From Pseudomonadota bacterium (GTDB lineage: Bacteria > Desulfobacterota > Desulfobulbia > Desulfobulbales > SURF-16): a stretch of DNA of 64,000 bases. Shown here piece after piece: positions 45,338 through 52,770 of the stretch. Location of the stretch: the NCBI GenBank assembly GCA_018897105.1, contig JAHILF010000106.1, forward strand, positions 56,357 to 120,356. The letters are read 5' to 3'. A program made the translations under genes and the position numbers. The notes below the pieces were generated by a model, which worked only from the letters and a program-made list of their open reading frames with translations, was not told the DNA's origin and did no database searches. Each line of letters opens with the position of its first letter. Position 1 is the stretch's first letter.

Positions 45338-45841
45338 TTATAGGCCTTTTCCCCAAAACTTGATTCTTTTTTGGCATTCTCCAGTCGGAAGCCTTGAGTT
45401 GAGCTCCATGAGTTGAATCAGTTTTCCCCTTGCTTCTTTTTCTGAAATCAGGCCAGTGGCAATAATTTCATCCAGTACCCAGAGAATACCGTGCACGACA
45501 ATATTGTTTTGTTCGGCAGTTCGGCGCAAAGCGGCGTCCCCGGTGAGCAGGGTTGCGGATATTTTCCTTGAGAGATACAAACATGAACAGTCTGCAATGG
45601 AGAGAAAGGGATTTTCAACTTCAAGGAGTTGAATCTGCAACAGTTCCTCAAACGAAAATCCCTGTTTGGCCAAGAGTCCTTTTTCAAGAAAGGGAAAGAG
45701 GACCGCAGCGTTTCCTTCCAGGATTTCAGCGAACGCCATGTCTGTCACCTGAAAATCGTATTCCAAATGAAAAAAGGTATCAAGCAGATCGATTTTCAGG
45801 AGATCAATCAGGATATTTGCGTCGTTGACCAGGAAAATCAT
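45338..45841 (-). CDS. PIN-like (DUF3368/COG2405-type) nuclease-fold protein, putative toxin
   Basis: Acidic PIN positions are present (LVNDANILIDL, SIADCS, LLTGDAALR). The C-terminal VHGILWVLDEIIATGLIS helix resembles DUF3368. The start overlaps the upstream gene stop by 4 nt. Confidence 0.65.
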   Translation of the reverse strand: MIFLVNDANILIDLLKIDLLDTFFHLEYDFQVTDMAFAEILEGNAAVLFPFLEKGLLAKQGFSFEELLQIQLLEVENPFLSIADCSCLYLSRKISATLLTGDAALRRTAEQNNIVVHGILWVLDEIIATGLISEKEARGKLIQLMELNSRLPTGECQKRIKFWGKGL

Positions 45842-46899
45842 GAAACGATGTGGGCCTCCTGTTCAAAATCGGCAAGCGATAGATTGAGAAGTTCCGCGGC
45901 CTTGCTGTAACTGATAATCTGCTCGGCCGCGGCATGGAGCACGAGCTGCTTGAAACGATTGGACTTTTCCATGCCTGAGTATTTTCCCGGCTCTTCCTTC
46001 TGCCATCCATGCTTGCTGACATAAATCCGGAACATTTTAAAGGTATGCTCTGAAATGAGGCCAAGGGTGAGAGCCCGGGCCATAATGGCCTGCATGGAAA
46101 TGCCATAAATTCCTTTGATCTTTTTTAGTTCCCATTCGGTAACTTTCTCCCGTTTTCCCCCGAACTCTTCCCGAATAATCTTTTCCGGCAGGAGAAGAGC
46201 ACCGGCAAAAGCGTGGCATAATTTCTCATGTTTGTCTGCTTTGCAGTTGGAAAAATCCAGCAGGAGATGGGCCAGTTCATGGGCGAGGGTGAATCGTTTG
46301 CGCACGCAATCCCCCTCCTTGAAGACAGCGATTACCGGTACCGGAATATCAGTACCTACCGTATAACCGGAAAGACCGACAAAATCAGCGCTTGCTTCCA
46401 CCTCTAGAACCTTGAATCCTTTGTCCTCAAGAAGCTCGGTAAGTTGCTGGATTGGCGCTTCGCCTAGGTTCCAGTTTTGCCGAATTTCTGCTGCTGCCTG
46501 TTCAATATCCGCATGGCTGTTTATTTTCCGTTTGGAAATAGGATTGCTTGAGTTGTGAGAAAGTTTGAGGATATCCTCAAGTTCAAGATACTTCTGCAGG
46601 AAATCCAGAGCCTGATATCTGATGCGGTTCTCTTCCTTGCTGCTGAGTTTCGATTTCTTCCGGAAGGAAAGTCCGGTGATTTTAAGTTTTGAAGATCGGA
46701 AAAAATAATCTACCTTAACATCAAGCGCTTTTGCCAGGGCAAGAAGGACTTCGCTGCTCGGTTTAATCTGTCCTTTCTCATACTTGCCGATTGCCTGCTT
46801 GCTTATCAGCGAGCCAGTTGACCGGGCAAGCTGTTCCATGCTCACCCCTGCCATCTTCCGGGCCGATCGTAATCTTTGGCCAAAATCAGTAATCATCAT
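45838..46899 (-). CDS. XRE-family HTH fused to an ImmA/IrrE (COG2856) metallopeptidase domain
   Basis: The N-terminal HTH is RLRSARKMAGVSMEQLARSTGSLISKQAIGKYEKG. The HExxH motif is in FTLAHELAHLLL. A GAGGGAGG RBS precedes the ATG at 46899, which is preferred over the TTG at 46923. Confidence 0.85.
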   Translation of the reverse strand: MMITDFGQRLRSARKMAGVSMEQLARSTGSLISKQAIGKYEKGQIKPSSEVLLALAKALDVKVDYFFRSSKLKITGLSFRKKSKLSSKEENRIRYQALDFLQKYLELEDILKLSHNSSNPISKRKINSHADIEQAAAEIRQNWNLGEAPIQQLTELLEDKGFKVLEVEASADFVGLSGYTVGTDIPVPVIAVFKEGDCVRKRFTLAHELAHLLLDFSNCKADKHEKLCHAFAGALLLPEKIIREEFGGKREKVTEWELKKIKGIYGISMQAIMARALTLGLISEHTFKMFRIYVSKHGWQKEEPGKYSGMEKSNRFKQLVLHAAAEQIISYSKAAELLNLSLADFEQEAHIVS

Positions 46900-46914
46900 G
46901 GTGCCTCCCTCTCT

Positions 46915-46952
46915 AGTTGACAAATATCATTTTTTCTTGCTGTTTGTCAACT
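46915..46952 (-). promoter_or_regulatory. Promoter with a perfect 10-bp inverted repeat (putative XRE operator) upstream of the XRE-ImmA gene
   Basis: AGTTGACAAA (46915-46924) and TTTGTCAACT (46943-46952) are perfect reverse complements. Read on the minus strand the region is TTGACA, then 16 nt, then GATATT. One repeat arm covers the -35 and the other lies just downstream of the -10. Confidence 0.55.
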
Positions 46953-47114
46953 ACAAGGAGGCGAGGCGTAGTTTTTATGAAAGCAGGGAATTAACCCGAG
47001 AGCTCTATTAAAATAGAGTCAAGAGAGTATTTTTTTAATGATCACATTTCGTTATCCCTTATTATCTTGGGTGGTATAGATAAGTTGTCCCTTCGAAAGT
47101 TTTCAGCATCACGG

Positions 47115-50100
47115 TTATTCTTCATATTGCTCACGTTCACGGCGAGACCTTTCAATGTTTTGCTCCGCATGTTTCTTGAGATATTCGTATAAACGATAAG
47201 CAGGTGAAAACCGTGGAATTTCCTTGAGCGCTTTCTCCGCGTCTTCTTTCATCTTGATGTCCTGAGGAAATGGCTCTCCTGATTTTCCTGATCGTAGGCC
47301 TGAAATTGCTGATCCAATCAATGCGCTAACAACATCATCGAGCCGTTCTTTGCTTTGTTGTTGGGCCTTTCCCAAAAATCGGATAATGAACGGACGATGT
47401 TCAAGGACAACATTGGGGGATGCTTTTTTAAGTATCTGCGAGATGACTTGCAAATCTCCAGGGGTGGCCATATCTATCCAATTCTGAAGAAAGCCAATCA
47501 ATTCGTTGTCAAAAGGCTGAAACATGGCATCAAAAAGCTCGGCAGCACGATGCTGAAACAGGTTGTCTTCTGTGGATGATTTCATCCATTGGGCTACCTG
47601 CCGGAGGAGTGGACCGAATTCCTGTGACTCGCGGAAACGTAAAGGGACATGACAATACGGGCCGTAATTGCATGGACGATAGTGCCAATCTTGAGTTTTT
47701 GCCGCGTGTTCTACTCGCTTCATGAAGAATGCAGCAGTGCGCTTTGTATGATATTTTGAAGTTTTGGAAAGAAAAGTCTCGATCCAATATTTATTGAGTT
47801 TTGGTAACAGCATCAGCTTGGTAAGGAAATAGTCAATGTCATCTTCGGTGAGCATCCTAAAAGGGATCATCTTGTCACCGTAAAAGAACATGAATACATC
47901 CTCTGCAATATTGCCTGACATCCCGATATCAACATATTTGAGCAGCTCAATTGCAAGCCTTAGGTCATTTTTTGCAACTATTCGTATTGCTTGAACGGCA
48001 CGCTTGGAAACCCATTCATCTTTTGATGCTAAGACTGTCTTTAGAAGAGAGAGGTCTTTTTCACCATTGCGCATTTGGGTTGGGTTCAGTCCGCTGTAAG
48101 CACCACCTACTGCAGCATGGAGAGCTGGGTTGTTCGTGTCAAGGAAACGAGCGGCTATATCCAGGGCTTTTACATGGTTCTCGATGAGAAGTTCTGTGAG
48201 GGCTATGTCCGCAAATTGTATTGTTTTTGAGGCAGGATTACTAAGCGCATTATTGACGGTGGCATCGGCAAAAGATAAGGATGATTGGGTAAGGTAACCA
48301 TATAGAATGTAAGCGGATATGCTTCCTGCTGCAAAATTGAGTTCGATATGGGTAAGTATTGACTCTATGAAAGTGCGTAGTTGCTCTCCCTCTGGGTAGG
48401 CGGCAAGAAGATCGTTTGCAAGCGTACTAATATGCGTATCCCATTCTCTATTGTCAAGCTTTATGTCACCGCTCTCATGTAGATTGATCCATCCATCGAT
48501 CAGGGCCAGTGTGGTGCGGAATTCAAGGGAATCAGGCAGTGATTTGATGATTCGCTTGGCTATCGGCGTAGTAGTATCGTTATCTGCATTGTTTGCATGC
48601 CATGATACTGAATGGGCGATTTCAATCTGTACAAGAGAGTCAAGAGTCTCGGTCTGCATCACTTTTTCTATGCCCTTGAGAGTCTTGACGTAAGCCTTTT
48701 CCCAGTCTTCATGATGCTTTTTGTCCCCCGATCTGGAGTAGTACCGGACTCCATCAGCCAGAAATCGGGCTGCCAGGACAGCAATCCTCGTTTTGGGAGA
48801 GGAAAGGAGCTTAAGTGCAGCTTTGATGACTTTTTCTTTCAGAGGTGCAATAAAAGAATAGTCAACGGGAAACCAGCTAATCGTAAAATTTATCCCATGC
48901 GATTCCGTAAAATCCCCTTCGGTTTTAAGGATACTCTTCAGTATGTCAAAAGGGGTATAGAGGTGGTTCCACGAAGCATCGTCTTTAATGAGATTGAGGG
49001 CAAATTCAACCACCACCTCGTTATATCCAAAAGGCTTGTTCCTTTCTGCAGCGCACATTTCGGCAAGGACGCGGATTGCATGCCCAGGATGCTGACTCAG
49101 TTCTCTGTGGTCATCCTTCCCTATCTCCCAAAGTAATTCGCAGACACCGTGCAGATGCTCGAAATTGTAAGCTATGTGTTTGAGGATGTTTGGCAACTCG
49201 GCAAGGTAGCGACCTTCTCGCAAAAGTTGCTCGACAAAGGACAGCGCCTTCGCAGGTTGGTAGTAGGCAACGGAGGTTACTGCATCTATGTGCGGGTCGG
49301 AATATTGGTAAGATGGCTTCAGTCTTTTCCATATACCATCCAGCAATTTGCTGTTGCTCGGACATCCATTTGTCCTGCGCCAATCAAGTTTTCCGAGATT
49401 AAGCAGAATATTTTTAACATGAGCTTCACCTGCTTTATCGAAGACTGCCTCCGCATATCCGGTTGACGTGTCATTATGTCCAATGCATGCTTTCTCGATG
49501 ATAAAATCGGCAAGCAAATCAGGTGATAACCTGAAATTACCGCCGCGCTTGAAGAGTACCCCGGCATTGGCAAGCAGAAGGATTAAGCGGTTTACTTCAT
49601 GGGTGGGAATTCCTTCCACTTGCTCCATAATGGCGGCAATAGCTTTGTCCTCAGGGTGAAAGGGCTGGATGAGGGCGAGGACCTTAAGTAATTTTTCGAT
49701 TTGCCCATCATCTCCTTTGCTCCCTATGTTCCCGGTAATAATGTTTTGGAATTTTCCGAAAATGGTTGCGCGAAATAATTCTTCATTTTTTGCAAATTCC
49801 AGATGGTTAATTTTTTCCTTTGCAACAATCTGTGCTCCGATCACAGTCGCAAGAGGACAATCGAGGGTAAGGCGAGCAATATCTTTAGCCGCGATTTCTG
49901 GTCCGTTCATCTCCCCAAGCACGAGTGAGGCAAGTTCTGTTGCCTGTTTAATGGTAAACGGGTTGAGTTCTATTTCCGCAATGTGTTCACCGCAAAGTGA
50001 AAAACAGCTGGCTTGTGCCTTTATGTAGTCGAGACCGTATGGGCGGAAGGCGAGTAGAAGCTTCGCCTTGTTTGAGGATGTCGCTGCATATTGAAAGAGA

Positions 50101-51143
50101 AGTTGAAGGTTGCTCTCATCATGTGCGTCATCAACGACAAGAACCTTTTCCCTTTTCCCTAGGTCTTCCAGGCTTTTTTCTGTGATTTCCTTACGAGGAG
50201 AAAGAAAGCGGACCAACACTGAATTATGCGCAATCTGATATGTTTCAATCGCCTCCTTGAGAACACGCGATTTCCCTGAACCACCTGCGCCCACGAGAAG
50301 AATAGCCCGTTTTTTGGGGTCCGAGAGAGCTGCAACCGTGTCTTGGGTCTCATGGGATCTCCCGATGAGCTTCCATTTATGGTTGAATGCGCTCCTTTCA
50401 TCCATAAATGGCTCAAAGAAATCTTTTGTGGTTTGCCATGGGCCTGCTTCCATCTCACCCAGCAAGGCAAGGCGCTGCCCCGGAAAGAAAATATCAACGA
50501 GTTTTACCTGATCATCATTAGAAAGATTCTGCCTGATTTCTCGCGAAATGTCTTCTTTGTCCCAAATATCCCATGTCGGGTGCTTTCGAATTGCATCACG
50601 GGATTGCGGGCTTGCGACACGAGAGATGAGTAGGAATTTTTTATCCGCTTCTTTAGTATGTTTTGCAACGGCAGTATGGACATCTTTAGGCCCGAATTGC
50701 TGTACTCGCTTACATTGGAAAGAATATGTTGTTTTGTCGGGGAAGGTTACATCAACATCGAGTCCCTCTTGCGTATGTCCTGAATCACCAGCGCGGTGTA
50801 CATTGGCTAAAGGATGTAGCTTAGCCAAAAAATGATGGCAAAAACGCTCAAAGCTGTCCGGCTTGAGGGCGTCAACAGGGAATGGTTGATCGAAGGGTGT
50901 TACGATCATTTTAGGCAAGTAGCCAGCAGCAGCCATAAGTTCATAAGAGTCGGCTTTTAAGGCAGCTGCAATGAGGGGTATTTGCTTATCTCGTGGGCGA
51001 GAAAGTCCCGATTCCCATCGACTCACCGTCTGTTGAGTGGTTTTGATTAGCTTGGCAAGTTCTGACTGTTGAGAAAATCCTGCTTCCTGACGAAGTTTGG
51101 CGAACAGGGTTCCGAAATCTTTATATCGGGCTTCGTGATCCAT
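47115..51143 (-). CDS. Large STAND-type P-loop NTPase: XRE-HTH, Mrr-like restriction-endonuclease-fold domain, NTPase and about 950 aa of helical repeats (Avs-like architecture)
   Basis: - HTH: LRQEAGFSQQSELAKLIKTTQQTVSRWESG.
- Mrr_cat-like region: FERFCHHFL...GDSGHTQEGLDVDVTF...YSFQCKRVQQFGPKDV.
- Walker A: LLVGAGGSGKS (about 50268-50291).
- Walker B: VLVVDDAHD (about 50118-50144).
- The remainder is long and alpha-helical.
- A consensus promoter lies inside the extended ORF, so the ATG at 51143 is the likely start. Confidence 0.85.
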   Translation of the reverse strand: MDHEARYKDFGTLFAKLRQEAGFSQQSELAKLIKTTQQTVSRWESGLSRPRDKQIPLIAAALKADSYELMAAAGYLPKMIVTPFDQPFPVDALKPDSFERFCHHFLAKLHPLANVHRAGDSGHTQEGLDVDVTFPDKTTYSFQCKRVQQFGPKDVHTAVAKHTKEADKKFLLISRVASPQSRDAIRKHPTWDIWDKEDISREIRQNLSNDDQVKLVDIFFPGQRLALLGEMEAGPWQTTKDFFEPFMDERSAFNHKWKLIGRSHETQDTVAALSDPKKRAILLVGAGGSGKSRVLKEAIETYQIAHNSVLVRFLSPRKEITEKSLEDLGKREKVLVVDDAHDESNLQLLFQYAATSSNKAKLLLAFRPYGLDYIKAQASCFSLCGEHIAEIELNPFTIKQATELASLVLGEMNGPEIAAKDIARLTLDCPLATVIGAQIVAKEKINHLEFAKNEELFRATIFGKFQNIITGNIGSKGDDGQIEKLLKVLALIQPFHPEDKAIAAIMEQVEGIPTHEVNRLILLLANAGVLFKRGGNFRLSPDLLADFIIEKACIGHNDTSTGYAEAVFDKAGEAHVKNILLNLGKLDWRRTNGCPSNSKLLDGIWKRLKPSYQYSDPHIDAVTSVAYYQPAKALSFVEQLLREGRYLAELPNILKHIAYNFEHLHGVCELLWEIGKDDHRELSQHPGHAIRVLAEMCAAERNKPFGYNEVVVEFALNLIKDDASWNHLYTPFDILKSILKTEGDFTESHGINFTISWFPVDYSFIAPLKEKVIKAALKLLSSPKTRIAVLAARFLADGVRYYSRSGDKKHHEDWEKAYVKTLKGIEKVMQTETLDSLVQIEIAHSVSWHANNADNDTTTPIAKRIIKSLPDSLEFRTTLALIDGWINLHESGDIKLDNREWDTHISTLANDLLAAYPEGEQLRTFIESILTHIELNFAAGSISAYILYGYLTQSSLSFADATVNNALSNPASKTIQFADIALTELLIENHVKALDIAARFLDTNNPALHAAVGGAYSGLNPTQMRNGEKDLSLLKTVLASKDEWVSKRAVQAIRIVAKNDLRLAIELLKYVDIGMSGNIAEDVFMFFYGDKMIPFRMLTEDDIDYFLTKLMLLPKLNKYWIETFLSKTSKYHTKRTAAFFMKRVEHAAKTQDWHYRPCNYGPYCHVPLRFRESQEFGPLLRQVAQWMKSSTEDNLFQHRAAELFDAMFQPFDNELIGFLQNWIDMATPGDLQVISQILKKASPNVVLEHRPFIIRFLGKAQQQSKERLDDVVSALIGSAISGLRSGKSGEPFPQDIKMKEDAEKALKEIPRFSPAYRLYEYLKKHAEQNIERSRREREQYEE

Positions 51144-51170
51144 ACACATTATCCTTGTAGTTAAAGTTGA

Positions 51171-51203
51171 ACACATTTTATGTGTATTACGTTTTGTTGT
51201 CAA
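51171..51203 (-). promoter_or_regulatory. Sigma70-type promoter of the STAND gene with an overlapping palindrome
   Basis: Read on the minus strand: TTGACA (51198-51203), a 17-nt spacer, then TAAAAT (51175-51180). An AAGGA RBS lies 8 nt before the ATG at 51143. The palindrome ACACAT-TTT-ATGTGT (51171-51185) overlaps the -10. A further ACACAT lies at 51144-51149. Confidence 0.6.
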
Positions 51204-51453
51204 GTATTTTTTCTCGATTAGGGTGTTACTTCGGCGATTGCTGGCTGAAAACGTCTTTTAAGGATGGCAACAAGTAGTAATTTGTAATTGATCTCTATCT
51301 AAGTCGATTCTTCTCAGCGTCCTTTCCGGTTGTCAGCCACAGGCTGATCTGTTATAGGGGAAAAATTATTTTCAGCTGTCCGGTGTTGTGCCGGAACATT
51401 TCTTACATCTCATATCCTTAAATAAAGCTGTCAACTCCACTACTTTTCAGCCT

Positions 51454-52503
51454 GTGCATATTCTTATTATCAAAACAAGCGCCATCGGCGACGTCATCCA
51501 CACCCTGCCGGCTCTCCACAGTCTGCGGCGTCATTATCCCCAGGCCCATATCACCTGGGTGGTCGAAGAGGCGGCGGCTGACATTATAGCCGGTCATCCG
51601 GAGCTTGACCGGGTGCTTATTTCCAAAAGGAAACGCTGGGTGCAGACCATGAAGAGCGGGCCGAACCGGCTGCAGGCCTGGCAAGAGCTGCGAGCCTTTC
51701 TCCGGGAGCTGCGCGACACCCGCTATGATCTGCTCATCGATTTCCAGGGTCTGCTGAAAAGCGGCATGCTGGTTGCCGCCAGCCGCGCCAAACGCAAGGT
51801 GGGGTTCGGCCGCGGCATGGAGCATGCCGAATGCAGCTATATTTTTTTAAATGAAAGGGTGCCGGCGGTGGACATGAACATCCATGCCGTAGAGCGGGAA
51901 CTCATGCTGCTTGAGGGCATCGGTATTAAGACCGATGAGGTTGTCTTTAATCTGCCGCTCAGCGACGAGAACTTCCGGCAGGTCGAGTCACTGCTCCGCT
52001 CCAGGGGTATAGCCGACCCGTCCAGGATTATCCCGATCAATCCGGTGGCCACCTGGCCGACCAAACTGTGGGATAACGCCGGTTTTGCCCGGGTTGCAGA
52101 CTGGCTTGCCAATCAGGGCCGGTCGGTGGTTTTCACCGGCGGCAAAGGGGACCGACCGGTCATTGACGATATCATAGCCCGCATGCAGCAACCGGCCGTA
52201 AGTCTCGCCGGCGAGACCACCCTGAAGACCCTGGCTGCCCTGTACCGCCTGGCCCCGCTGGTGGTCTCCACCGATACCGGTCCCATGCACCTTGCCGCGG
52301 CCGTGGGCACCCCGGTGGTGGCTGTTTTCGGCTCCACCGCCCCCTGGCGCACCGGTCCCTATGGCGAGCGGCACAAGGTGGTTCGCCTGGACCTGCCGTG
52401 CAGTCCCTGTTTGAAAAGGGAATGTGACCACAGGCGCTGCATGAATGATCTGGCCCCGGAGCAGGTGATCAGTGCGGTAGAAGGTCTACTTGCAGGCAGT
52501 TGA
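51454..52503 (+). CDS. Glycosyltransferase family 9 (LPS heptosyltransferase-like)
   Basis: ILIIKTSAIGDVIHTLPAL, GGKGD and TDTGPMHLAAAVGTPVVAVFG are GT9 signatures. The likely GTG start at 51454 gives the usual N-terminus. The ORF track extends it to 51388. Confidence 0.85.
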   Translation: MHILIIKTSAIGDVIHTLPALHSLRRHYPQAHITWVVEEAAADIIAGHPELDRVLISKRKRWVQTMKSGPNRLQAWQELRAFLRELRDTRYDLLIDFQGLLKSGMLVAASRAKRKVGFGRGMEHAECSYIFLNERVPAVDMNIHAVERELMLLEGIGIKTDEVVFNLPLSDENFRQVESLLRSRGIADPSRIIPINPVATWPTKLWDNAGFARVADWLANQGRSVVFTGGKGDRPVIDDIIARMQQPAVSLAGETTLKTLAALYRLAPLVVSTDTGPMHLAAAVGTPVVAVFGSTAPWRTGPYGERHKVVRLDLPCSPCLKRECDHRRCMNDLAPEQVISAVEGLLAGS

Positions 52504-52770
52504 AATCAGCAGACCCAGGGATTTTCAATTGCCCCTTAAGATATACTTGCGAACAATCCCTTTTTTCTTATCCGTATTACTACCTATTTCCCTTGACTTC
52601 TTTTTGATTGCGGTTATTTAATATAAAGGATGCGTCATTTTGCCGCACCGGTTTTCCCGTGACGTTTTACGGTTTTTAGCATTCATATTAATTTCCCTGT
52701 CGGAACTGATGTGAAATCTCCGGGGGATTGATTTCATGTATCTGTAACGGCTGAGGGTTTAAATCGAATT

